Of a DNA stretch of 64,000 nt, positions 18,933 to 27,571 are shown piece by piece (within the stretch, counting starts at the first letter, position 1; each line of letters begins with the position of its first letter). The notes under the pieces were generated by a model that was not told the origin of the DNA, searched no databases, and worked only from the letters and a program-made list of their open reading frames with translations. A program made the position numbers and the translations under genes. Source of the stretch: an uncultured Pelagibacteraceae bacterium (lineage in GTDB: Bacteria; Pseudomonadota; Alphaproteobacteria; Pelagibacterales; Pelagibacteraceae); contig CACOVP010000001.1 of NCBI GenBank assembly GCA_902630665.1, positions 31,225 to 95,224 on the forward strand, given 5' to 3'.

Positions 18933-19601
18933 TTAAGCAGCAGCTTTTAACTTATGTTTTGAGGTCATGCCGCTCAAAAAATTCCACAGATATCTTGCTG
19001 TCAAAAGAGACGCTGTTTCAGCTTTTTTTTGTTCCTCTTTCGATAAACCATCAAGGAGCTTTTCACACTCTGCTCTATGGATCACATCAGCAGACTTATG
19101 AGCCTCAAAAAATTCTAAGCCTTCTTTAGAATTGACTCCATAGAATTTTTTTAAACCTTGAATTTTTGTCTCAGCAATCTCTGGAATTTGTCTCTCATAA
19201 GTATATAAAGAAGCTAATCCCTCAGCATAAGATTTTCTTGCTTGATCGAAAAAATTTTCAATCATATCTTTCGTGAACCAATCAAGCTGAACATTTTCGA
19301 TTGCTTTTTCATCTGCGCCTAAGGCTTTTGCGAAATTCTTCCAAAGTTTTGGATGATCTCCATCTTTATTTTCTTCATCTTGTAAGTTTTCCAAAAGAAT
19401 TCTTCTTTTCTCTATATCCTCGCAAATAGAATGTGTTGCACTTATATATCTAGGAAAAGCTTTTACGTGCTGATAATACTGTTCAGCATAATCTTTGATA
19501 ATCTCTCTATTTAACTTTCCCTCGTTCCAATAAATTTGGTAAAATGGGTGCTTTAGTAAGTGGTATTTATCTAATTTTACTCCTAGCTCTTTAGAAAACA
19601 T
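18933..19601 (-). CDS. CADD-family (TenA/PqqC-like) dimetal oxidase, putative pABA synthase
   Basis: HPFY, YYQHVKAFPRY, NLQDEE...H, LYTYERQIPEIAETK, H...D..H match Chlamydia CADD as recalled; AAGGAG SD. Confidence 0.85.
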   Translation of the reverse strand: MFSKELGVKLDKYHLLKHPFYQIYWNEGKLNREIIKDYAEQYYQHVKAFPRYISATHSICEDIEKRRILLENLQDEENKDGDHPKLWKNFAKALGADEKAIENVQLDWFTKDMIENFFDQARKSYAEGLASLYTYERQIPEIAETKIQGLKKFYGVNSKEGLEFFEAHKSADVIHRAECEKLLDGLSKEEQKKAETASLLTARYLWNFLSGMTSKHKLKAAA

Positions 19602-19634
19602 TTTGCTCCTTTGTTAGATGTAGCCTATAAAAAT

Positions 19635-19759
19635 TTTATTCATGAATAAATAAAAAAATTATCCACAATTAAAAGTTGAATTAAGGAAATGTTCTTGTTT
19701 TGATTCACTTTTGATTCACTTAGGGACTCAAAATACAACCTCAGATAGTCTTATCCACA
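19635..19759. promoter_or_regulatory. Two perfect DnaA boxes, three GANTC sites, 11-bp tandem repeat and a palindrome
   Basis: TTATCCACA at 19659-19667 and 19751-19759; (TTTGATTCACT)x2 at 19699-19720; GACTC at 19725-19729; TTTATTCATGAATAAA at 19635-19650. Confidence 0.55.
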
Positions 19760-20967
19760 GTAGCTAATGGCCTTTCATCAATAGGTAAATGTAATGCCGT
19801 TGCGATAAAAGATAAAACTATCGCTAAATACCATGCGTAGTCAAAACTTCCAAATTGATCATAAAAATAACCTCCTAGATAAGCTCCTAAGAAAGATCCG
19901 AATTGATGATTTAAAAATACAATTCCAAAAAGGAGTGTAAGATTTTTGGTTCCAAAAATCTGAGCAACTATACCGTTTGTAGCTGGAACTGTAGCTAGCC
20001 ATAATAATCCAAAAGAAGTTCCAAAAAGGACTGCTGATAAATTTGAAGCGGGTAGAAATATAAAAAGTATTAAAGTAATACCCCTTAAAAAATATAAACC
20101 ACTTAGAAGAATTTTTTTACTATACTTGTCGCCAAGGTAACCCATAACAAGAGTACCGATTATATTAAAAAAACCTATTAAAGCTAAAATGGCCATTCCA
20201 GTCCAGTCTGCTAATCCCTTGTCTTGAACGTATCTCGGTACATGTGTTGCGATTAAAGTTATTTGAAATCCGCATACAAAAAAACCGAGAACTAGTAATC
20301 TAAATCCTTTATGAGCAAAGGACTCTTTGAGAACTTCCCTTAAACTTCTACTATCGATATTTGAATTAGTCTGGGATATTTTATTTTCAGGTAATTTAAC
20401 TAGCAAGCCTGGAATACACATCAAAAATAATATTATTGAAAAAATTATGAAAGACATTTGCCAAGTTGAAATACTTTTAAAAATACTTGCCATTATCGGA
20501 AATATAAACATGCCTAAACCGCCACAAGCAGTTACGTATCCAGCTGCTTTGCTTCTATTTTCATTAGGAAAATGTTTGGAAACCATTGGAGTGAGTATTG
20601 TGCCTGCTGCTCCAGCCAAACCTAAGCCAACGAACAAGCCTAAGTTAATTTGCAGCCACATTCCTGAGATATAATTATTTCCCATCAATAACATTGCGAT
20701 CGAATAAAAAATTAATGCAGGTACTATTACAACATAACCTCCAAGCCTATCTGAAATTCGTCCAAATATAGGAGTAAAAATTCCCCAAAATATTGCGTGC
20801 ACAGCTATTGCAAGTCCAAATTCTGTATTTGAAGTTCCACCTGTTGTTTCAAACTCATTGGAGTAGAGCCCAAAAGTTTGTCTAACTCCCATAGTTACAC
20901 AAACTACAAAACATGAAGCTATTAAAGCGTATAATGCAGTATTATTTGGAAAAAAATTTTTCATCAC
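19741..20967 (-). CDS. MFS transporter
   Basis: About 12 TM; MGVRQTFG, GRISDRLG, GFFVCGFQ, HQFGSFLG. Confidence 0.9.
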   Translation of the reverse strand: MMKNFFPNNTALYALIASCFVVCVTMGVRQTFGLYSNEFETTGGTSNTEFGLAIAVHAIFWGIFTPIFGRISDRLGGYVVIVPALIFYSIAMLLMGNNYISGMWLQINLGLFVGLGLAGAAGTILTPMVSKHFPNENRSKAAGYVTACGGLGMFIFPIMASIFKSISTWQMSFIIFSIILFLMCIPGLLVKLPENKISQTNSNIDSRSLREVLKESFAHKGFRLLVLGFFVCGFQITLIATHVPRYVQDKGLADWTGMAILALIGFFNIIGTLVMGYLGDKYSKKILLSGLYFLRGITLILFIFLPASNLSAVLFGTSFGLLWLATVPATNGIVAQIFGTKNLTLLFGIVFLNHQFGSFLGAYLGGYFYDQFGSFDYAWYLAIVLSFIATALHLPIDERPLATVDKTI

Positions 20968-22160
20968 TTAATTTTTTTTAATCCTTTTCTTAAATCATTA
21001 ATTAAATCTTTAGGATCTTCTAAGCCTATATGTAGTCTTACAATAAATTCATCATTATTAAACCTGTTAAAATGACGTCCATGCAAATATTCATCTTTTT
21101 TAATGCTCTTGATTTCTTGAAGTATTGCTAAACTTTCAAATCCACCCCAGCTGTATCCTATTCCAAATAACTCCAAAGAATTTACAAAATTTAAAACCGA
21201 AGATTTTTTTTTGCTTTTAATAACAATCGACAATAAGCCTGTTGCGCCAGAATAATATTTTTTCCATAACTTATAATTTTTACTAGAAGGTTTATAAGGA
21301 TAAAGAATTTCCTTAATTTTTTTTTGCTTTTTTAAGAAATTAATAACAATTTTTGTATTTACACTGTGTTGCTTTAATCTTGTATCTAAGGTCCTTAAGC
21401 CTCTTATTATTAAATAGGCCTCGTCAGCCGACATACGATATCCTGAAAGTTTATAAAAAAACATAATCTTATCATAGACTTTTTTATTAACCGCTAAAGA
21501 CCCTCCCATGGCATCTGAATGCCCTGAAAAATATTTTGTTGCTGAGCAAAAAGATAAATCAAAACCAATTTTTAAAGGTTTCAAATAAAGGGGAGTTCCC
21601 CAAGTATTATCTAACAAAGTGTAAATTTTTTTTCTTTTTGCTAATGAGGTGATTTTAGAAAGGTCTTGAAACTCAAAAGTATTACTTCCTGGATTTTCTA
21701 CTAAAATCAATTTTGTTTTTTTTGTAATTTTTTCTTTTAAATCTTTGAATGATACAGGATTGTAAAATTTTGCATTAATATTGAATTGCTTCATCAATTC
21801 TTTTGATATTTCTTTTGTAGGTCCATAAACATTATCTGAAACTAGAATTTCATCTCCTGGCCTACACAATGCCATTAATGCTAAAGCTATCCCACCAAAT
21901 CCTGTGCCAGTTAAAAAAACATGATAAGCTTGCTCCAATTCTTTCAAAATATTTTCAAGCTCAATTGTTGTAGTACTTCCATATCGTCCATAAGTGTAAT
22001 GAGATACTTTTTTATGTTGTTTAATTTTTTTTTCATGTTGATACATTTCCTGCATAGAATTGAATAAGATTGTAGATGCTCTAGTAACTGGTGGATTAGC
22101 AGATCTATTAGTATTATCTTTAGTAGGATGTTTTAAAAATGTGCTTATAGACTTTTTCAT
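20964..22160 (-). CDS. metC: Cystathionine beta-lyase
   Basis: NPPVTRASTI, YGRYG, ENPGSNTFE, DNTW, SATKYFSGHSD, GYSWGGFESL, RLHIGLE; likely start 22160. Confidence 0.88.
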   Translation of the reverse strand: MKKSISTFLKHPTKDNTNRSANPPVTRASTILFNSMQEMYQHEKKIKQHKKVSHYTYGRYGSTTTIELENILKELEQAYHVFLTGTGFGGIALALMALCRPGDEILVSDNVYGPTKEISKELMKQFNINAKFYNPVSFKDLKEKITKKTKLILVENPGSNTFEFQDLSKITSLAKRKKIYTLLDNTWGTPLYLKPLKIGFDLSFCSATKYFSGHSDAMGGSLAVNKKVYDKIMFFYKLSGYRMSADEAYLIIRGLRTLDTRLKQHSVNTKIVINFLKKQKKIKEILYPYKPSSKNYKLWKKYYSGATGLLSIVIKSKKKSSVLNFVNSLELFGIGYSWGGFESLAILQEIKSIKKDEYLHGRHFNRFNNDEFIVRLHIGLEDPKDLINDLRKGLKKIK

Positions 22161-22226
22161 AAAATAAGTATATCTGACATTTATATAGTTCTTAACCAAT
22201 TATGATATAAAAAAGGAGGCAAAAAT

Positions 22227-22310
22227 ATGGGTTATCCAAAAAAGCATCGAGGAAGAAGAAAAATTGGCTCAAAAAAAAGAAGAGCAAGAAAAAGAAATAA
22301 GAAAAAATAA
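22227..22310 (+). CDS. Unannotated 27-aa Arg/Lys-rich peptide
   Basis: MGYPKKHRGRRKIGSKKRRARKRNKKK* with SD AAGGAGG 7 nt upstream of the ATG. Confidence 0.7.
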   Translation: MGYPKKHRGRRKIGSKKRRARKRNKKK

Positions 22311-22324
22311 TCTCTAAATAGTTT

Positions 22325-23026
22325 ATGCCTGAAATAACTCAAATTAGAAAATTGAGTATATGGATATTTATAATTCCATTATTTGCTATTAATTTATGTT
22401 TGCTAATTTCTCAAAACCCAGATTTCTTAGAAGGTACGATTTTTGCAGTAGATCAAATCGGAAGATCTGGTTTTTCTATTCCTTATCTGGATGGAAGTTT
22501 ATCAATAAGCAGAGCATCTAGAACCTATCCTCAATATTTGGTTTTTAAACCATCTATGATTTTAACGGCAGTTTTTTTGTACTTTTATTGGGATAATAAT
22601 AATAAATTAATAAATAAATTATATTCATCTAATGTTAATTTTAAATTTAAAACTTTTGGAATTCTGTCAGCAATATTTTTAGCTATTCACTCAGTTTTTC
22701 TGGGAATAAAATTTGATATTCAAATTTACAAATTATTTAGGAGAGTAGTGCTATTGTTGTTTATAGTTTTTGAATTAATAGCTCAAGGATATTTAGTTTA
22801 TCATTTATATAAATTAAAAAGCAAATTAGAGGAGTTTGTTGATAAAAAAATTCTGATTTTTAAAATTCTATTAGTTTCTCTTTTAATTTTAGTAGCTTTT
22901 TTAAGTTTACCTACATTAGTAACAAAAGGTAATACTCACTTTAAACATATGCTTGAATGGAACTATTTTGTAGGGGTAATTTTATTTTATTTACTTTCAA
23001 GATTTTTTTGGAGAAGAACCACATAA
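22325..23026 (+). CDS. Hypothetical multi-TM membrane protein
   Basis: About 6 TM; IPYLDGSLSISRASR and EWNYF motifs. Confidence 0.75.
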   Translation: MPEITQIRKLSIWIFIIPLFAINLCLLISQNPDFLEGTIFAVDQIGRSGFSIPYLDGSLSISRASRTYPQYLVFKPSMILTAVFLYFYWDNNNKLINKLYSSNVNFKFKTFGILSAIFLAIHSVFLGIKFDIQIYKLFRRVVLLLFIVFELIAQGYLVYHLYKLKSKLEEFVDKKILIFKILLVSLLILVAFLSLPTLVTKGNTHFKHMLEWNYFVGVILFYLLSRFFWRRTT

Positions 23027-23196
23027 ATTTCTAGGCTTTCGCCCAGAAATTTAGTAGTTTTGGCTCGTCGTTTTAGGCGCTACCGCCAAGCCGTCCCGAT
23101 GGACTATTCTAGCGCTACTAGGTCCACCTTTCTGCCCTTTAAGCTTGAACCTCTCGGTTTTTCCCTAAATGGCCAGTTAAGAGTTGCCTCTTAATT
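23010..23196 (-). ncRNA. Structured ncRNA, IMES-2-like
   Basis: GC-rich island with three GNRA-capped hairpins on the minus strand (GCAA, GAGA, GAAA) plus further helices. The 5' part resembles the IMES-2 motif as recalled, not verified. Confidence 0.65.
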
Positions 23197-23264
23197 AAAA
23201 TTATTAAAACATATGCTGCCAAAATATGTAATCACTTAATGCGTGTCTTAAACATGGTTGTTAA

Positions 23265-24395
23265 CTAAGTGGATAAAAAATTATTAAAAGTCTTGTCTAT
23301 CCAGCCTCCGCCTAAGACCTTATCCCCAAAATCATCTTTTGAGTAAAAAACACAGGCTTGCCCTGGGGAAATTCCTATCTCCTTATCTAAAATTTCTACT
23401 TTTGCATGATTATCTATGAATTTTATTTTTGCCTTTAACAATTTCCCAGTAGATCTCACTTTAACATTTACTATTTCATCAAATTCTTTTTTTGAGGCTA
23501 ATACATTTATTTCTCTCAAAAGTATTTCTTTAATTTCTAGGTTTTCTTTATTTCCAACTATAACCGTATTATCAGTAGCATTTATATTAACGACATAAAG
23601 AGGTTTACTGCTCGAAATTTTAATTCCTTTTCTTTGGCCAATTGTATAATTAATTATACCTTCATGCTCACCAATCTGATTTCCTTGAATATCTATTATT
23701 TTACCAGTCTTGAAAGACTCTGGTCGAAATTTTTTTATGACAGAACTATAGTCACCATTAGGTACGAAACAAATATCTTGGCTATCTGGTTTGTCAGCAA
23801 CATTTAAATTGAGTTTTTTTGCTATAGATCTTGTCTCTAATTTGTCAATTTCGCCCAAAGGAAATCTTAAAAAATTTAATTGTTCTTGGGTGGTGCTGAA
23901 TAAAAAGTAGCTTTGATCTCTATTAATATCTTTTGCTCGATACATAGAAGCGTGACCATTTCTTTGAATTCTTGAAACATAATGACCAGTTACTAACGCG
24001 TCAGCCTTTAATTCTCTTGCATATCTAAATAAATCTCTAAATTTAACTGTTTGATTACATTGAACGCATGGAATTGGTGTTTCTCCTGCAGAATAACTAT
24101 CGATAAAAGAGTCTATTACCTCAGATTTAAATTTTTTTTGATAATACAAAATTTCATGTTTTATGCTTATTTTTTCAGAAACTCTTTTAGCATCCATTAT
24201 GTCTTGACCCGCACAACATTGTCTTCCTTCTTTGGATTGCTTCATATCATCGTAAAGTTTAAGAGTTATTCCTGTAACGTTATAACCCTCTTCTTTCATC
24301 AAAGCAGCAACCACGGAAGAGTCAACGCCTCCTGACATTGCGACAACAACTTTGGTTTCTTTGCAAGGTTTATTAATTCCTAGAGAATTCATCAT
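23265..24395 (-). CDS. mnmA: tRNA 2-thiouridylase MnmA
   Basis: [54 protein letters not shown]; likely start MMNSLG. Confidence 0.96.
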   Translation of the reverse strand: MMNSLGINKPCKETKVVVAMSGGVDSSVVAALMKEEGYNVTGITLKLYDDMKQSKEGRQCCAGQDIMDAKRVSEKISIKHEILYYQKKFKSEVIDSFIDSYSAGETPIPCVQCNQTVKFRDLFRYARELKADALVTGHYVSRIQRNGHASMYRAKDINRDQSYFLFSTTQEQLNFLRFPLGEIDKLETRSIAKKLNLNVADKPDSQDICFVPNGDYSSVIKKFRPESFKTGKIIDIQGNQIGEHEGIINYTIGQRKGIKISSSKPLYVVNINATDNTVIVGNKENLEIKEILLREINVLASKKEFDEIVNVKVRSTGKLLKAKIKFIDNHAKVEILDKEIGISPGQACVFYSKDDFGDKVLGGGWIDKTFNNFLST

Positions 24396-24431
24396 AAAAG
24401 TATATAATATATTTATTATTTGTTTTCCATA

Positions 24432-24605
24432 ATGCTTATTGATTTTGAACCAGGTGATTATGTTAAAAACCCTGATAATAAAGATTGGGGAATAGGTCAG
24501 GTGCAATCAATTATAGGTAATAAAGTGACAGTGAACTTCGAAAATTTCGGTAAAAAAGTTATTAATATTGAAAACGTTAAATTAGAGAGAGTTGAGGGTG
24601 AATAA
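24432..24605 (+). CDS. DUF3553 domain protein
   Basis: FEPGDYV.NP...[21 protein letters not shown]. Confidence 0.8.
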   Translation: MLIDFEPGDYVKNPDNKDWGIGQVQSIIGNKVTVNFENFGKKVINIENVKLERVEGE

Positions 24606-25377
24606 AGAAGAGCTTAAAAGGTTAACTGAGGGTCTTATAGAAACATTTCATTTTGCCGGCGAAGAATCTGTGAGACTTTTTAAAGAGGGATTGAAAATTG
24701 ATATAAAAGAAGACAATTCTCCTGTAAGCAATGGTGACTTAATAGTAAATGATTTAATTTCTAAAAAAATTTCTGAATTAACTCCAAATATTCAAATTAT
24801 TTCAGAAGAAACTGTGAATATAAAGATTAAAAATAAATCAAAGATTTTTTGGCTTATAGATCCAATAGATGGAACAAAGGAATATATTGCTGGTAAAGAT
24901 GAATATACACTGAATGCAGCTTTAATAATTAATACTGTTCCAGTTTTAGGATTAGTAGGTGTGCCAAAAAAAAATAGGCTTTTTTTTTCTTATGGTTCTG
25001 GTGATAGTTATTTAATTGAGGATAAAAATACAAAAAAAATAAAGTGTGAGAAACAACAGCCTGAAGGTGAAATCGTGGCATTATCTAGTGTAATAAAACC
25101 ATCAGATGTAATTTTAAATAAATTAAAAGAGTACAAAGTGACATCAATAGTTAAAATGGCAAGTTCTTATAAGTTTTGTGTAATAGCGACAGGCGAATAT
25201 GATATATATGCTGCACGAGAAAGGGCAAACGAATGGGACTATGCAGCTGGTCATGCTATCGCTCAAAATGCAGGTGCAATTATTAAAACGCTGGATGGAA
25301 AACCCTTCTTATATGGAAAAGAGGATTATAGAAACCCAAGTTTGTTAATAAAAAGATCAGAAAATTTAAATGATTAA
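24598..25377 (+). CDS. cysQ: 3'(2'),5'-bisphosphate nucleotidase
   Basis: SPVS.GD, ISEE, WLIDPIDGTKE, EWDYAAG. Confidence 0.88.
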   Translation: MNKEELKRLTEGLIETFHFAGEESVRLFKEGLKIDIKEDNSPVSNGDLIVNDLISKKISELTPNIQIISEETVNIKIKNKSKIFWLIDPIDGTKEYIAGKDEYTLNAALIINTVPVLGLVGVPKKNRLFFSYGSGDSYLIEDKNTKKIKCEKQQPEGEIVALSSVIKPSDVILNKLKEYKVTSIVKMASSYKFCVIATGEYDIYAARERANEWDYAAGHAIAQNAGAIIKTLDGKPFLYGKEDYRNPSLLIKRSENLND

Positions 25378-25513
25378 AACAATTTTAATAATAATTATAT
25401 CAGTAACTATTTTTGGAATATTATTCTTTATTTTAGTAAGAAACGCTCTTAAACGTAAATTAGATATACTTTTAGAACAAGAAAAAAAAAGTAAATCAGA
25501 TAATACTGATTAA
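25370..25513 (+). CDS. Putative 47-aa single-TM protein
   Basis: MIKTILIIIISVTIFGILFFILVRNALKRKLDILLEQEKKSKSDNTD*; start overlaps the cysQ 3' end. Confidence 0.5.
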   Translation: MIKTILIIIISVTIFGILFFILVRNALKRKLDILLEQEKKSKSDNTD

Positions 25514-26056
25514 TTTTTTAAATTCCTCCTCGTCAAGATCAAGAACTCTTTTTGAAAGCTCAAAGCTAAATCCTCCTCTAGCTAAAATACCCATATCTTT
25601 TTTATAAAATAATTCACGATTACTCTCAGGTCTTAAAGGTCCTATTCGTCGTCTTTTGCATAATTTTAATGCCGAAACAAAATCAGGTTCTATCTGATTT
25701 TCTTTAATCTTTTCAATACTTTGTTTTATAAATTTTTCATCAACTCCTTTGCTCCTAAGCGACTGATTAATCTTATTCAAGGAATAACCTCTTCTTAAAA
25801 ACATTCTAGCCTTAGAGTCAGAATACATTTCATCACTAAGTAATTTATTTTTTTCTAAATTCATAACAATTTGATCGATGATTAAAGAAACCTCTTTTTT
25901 TGATTTGCCGCCTTTAATCTTAGTAAGGTATTTCTTAAGTAAGTAGACTTTGAGCTGCTGTTTTGACGGACTGTATTTTTCAAGATAAGAATATGCTAAA
26001 TCTTTTAGATTAGTAGTTAAGTCTTCAAAATCACTTTTATTTGATGTGGGATTCAT
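25496..26056 (-). CDS. recX: RecX-family regulator
   Basis: AYSYLEKY, RRGYS..KI..L..KG, RRRIGP.R, LARGGFS (alphaproteobacterial RecX pattern). Confidence 0.8.
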   Translation of the reverse strand: MNPTSNKSDFEDLTTNLKDLAYSYLEKYSPSKQQLKVYLLKKYLTKIKGGKSKKEVSLIIDQIVMNLEKNKLLSDEMYSDSKARMFLRRGYSLNKINQSLRSKGVDEKFIKQSIEKIKENQIEPDFVSALKLCKRRRIGPLRPESNRELFYKKDMGILARGGFSFELSKRVLDLDEEEFKKLISII

Positions 26057-26082
26057 AAACTTAATATACTATATTATTTTTA

Positions 26083-26553
26083 ATGATAAATGACCTATTC
26101 ACATATATTAATTCTGAAACTATTTATTTAGTTGCTAACTGGGGTGTTATTCCTTTTTGGCTATTATTAATTTTTTTTCCAAATAATTCAGGAACTCATT
26201 TTTTTGCTCAATCAATAATAGTCCCTCTCCTTTTAGCCATAGCATATGCATATTTAGCTTATAATCTTTATTTAGAGGAAAATATTTTTGATGGATTCGA
26301 GCTTTATAGGGGATTAGATGGTCTATACTCCATGTTTTCAAATGAAATTTTATTATTAACTTTTTGGCTTCACTTTCTTGCTATTAGTTTGTTTGCAGGC
26401 GCTTGGATGGTAAGAGATGCAAGAAGATATTTTATTCCTAAAATTATTACTATTCCCTCTTTAGTTTTAACTTATTTTTCTGGACCGGTGGGAATAGTGA
26501 TTTACTGGTTTTTAAGGATTTTCTTTGCTAAAAAAATCAGCTTTAATGATTAA
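26083..26553 (+). CDS. ABA4-like (DUF4281) membrane protein
   Basis: PFWLLLIFFP, WLHFLA..LFAG.W...D, GPVG. Confidence 0.8.
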   Translation: MINDLFTYINSETIYLVANWGVIPFWLLLIFFPNNSGTHFFAQSIIVPLLLAIAYAYLAYNLYLEENIFDGFELYRGLDGLYSMFSNEILLLTFWLHFLAISLFAGAWMVRDARRYFIPKIITIPSLVLTYFSGPVGIVIYWFLRIFFAKKISFND

Positions 26554-27133
26554 ACCTTTTGATTTTTATTTTGACTTTATAAGTCCTTACTCTTTTTTAG
26601 CGCATAAAGAAATTAGGTTAATTGAACAAAAAGCCTCGATCAAAGTAAGATATAAACCAATTCTTTTGGGTGGTTTGCATAACTTACATGGAATAAAAGC
26701 TCCTGCATTTATACCCGCAAAGGCAAAACATATGATTAGGGATTGTAAGCTAATTGCTGAAAAAAATAATATTAAATTTAAATTTAATTCATACTTTCCT
26801 ATAAGAAGCTTAAATCTGATGCGTGGCGTATTTGTTGCTGAAGAAGATAATTTTAAAAATTATTACATTGATAATATTTTTGATTCTATTTGGCAAGATG
26901 GTTTAAACATGAACGATGAGAATATAATTCAAAAAGTACTTAAAAATTTAAATGTCAATCCTAAAACTTTTACCTTAAGAGCGACATCCTCATCTATAAA
27001 AGAATCACTGAAGAAAAGAACCAGTGAGGCCTATGAAAAAGGTATATTTGGTGCTCCAACTTTTGTATCAAATAATAAATTATTTTGGGGTCAAGATAGA
27101 ATTGAATTTGTTTTAAAAGAAGCTAGTAAGTAA
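26546..27133 (+). CDS. 2-hydroxychromene-2-carboxylate isomerase / GST-kappa (DsbA-like)
   Basis: FYFDFISPYS, PILLGG, GIFGAPTF, FWGQDR. Confidence 0.88.
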   Translation: MIKPFDFYFDFISPYSFLAHKEIRLIEQKASIKVRYKPILLGGLHNLHGIKAPAFIPAKAKHMIRDCKLIAEKNNIKFKFNSYFPIRSLNLMRGVFVAEEDNFKNYYIDNIFDSIWQDGLNMNDENIIQKVLKNLNVNPKTFTLRATSSSIKESLKKRTSEAYEKGIFGAPTFVSNNKLFWGQDRIEFVLKEASK

Positions 27134-27134
27134 A

Positions 27135-27533
27135 TTATTTTTTTTCCTTTTGAACTACTTTAAGTCCAGCATTTTTTAAAGCATCAAATCCACCTTTAGC
27201 ATTAGCCACATTTTTAAAACCCATATCAACAAGTGCTTTAGTAGCTAGTGCAGATCTAAAACCCATAGCGCAGAAAAAAACCATTTTTTTTGAATCTTGA
27301 ATTTTATTTTCTTGATAATAGCTGCTATTAGGGTCTAACCAAAATTCTAACATTCCTCTTGGAATGTGTTTTGAATTTTCAATTGTACCATCTCTCCAAA
27401 GCTCCCTGATGTCCCTGACATCAATTAAAGTAATATCGTTTTTTTCAATAAGACTCTTTATTTCCGATGGATTGAGTGTTTCGATGATTTCGTTGGCTTC
27501 TTCAACCAATTTTTGCGAAGATTTAATACTCAT
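27135..27533 (-). CDS. Rhodanese-like domain protein
   Basis: LIDVRD, HIPRGMLEFW, CAMGFRSA, GGF. Confidence 0.9.
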   Translation of the reverse strand: MSIKSSQKLVEEANEIIETLNPSEIKSLIEKNDITLIDVRDIRELWRDGTIENSKHIPRGMLEFWLDPNSSYYQENKIQDSKKMVFFCAMGFRSALATKALVDMGFKNVANAKGGFDALKNAGLKVVQKEKK

Positions 27534-27571
27534 AGATCAACTAATTAAACTATTATATATATTTTACTAGT

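Noticed and set aside
18933-19601. pqqC / PQQ biosynthesis
   Set aside because: No pqqA/B/D/E nearby and the motifs fit CADD better.
19699-19720. CRISPR or iteron array
   Set aside because: Only two abutting 11-bp copies, no spacers, and no cas or rep genes.
23010-23196. Group I/II intron, 6S RNA, RNase P or a simple terminator
   Set aside because: AGAATAGTCC resembles a group I S element, but the other core elements and a host gene are missing. There is no domain V, no RNase P P4 motif and no single long rod, and the structure is too complex for a terminator alone.
23240-23276. CtrA box or DnaA box upstream of the ncRNA
   Set aside because: TTAA spacing is 9 rather than 7 nt, and the DnaA-like 9-mer has a mismatch and lies in the mnmA coding end; expected by chance in AT-rich DNA.
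24396-24506. N-terminal extension of mnmA (similar extensions on metC, hup, the photolyase and the ABM gene)
   Set aside because: It overlaps the divergent DUF3553 gene; internal ATGs fit the family N-termini better.
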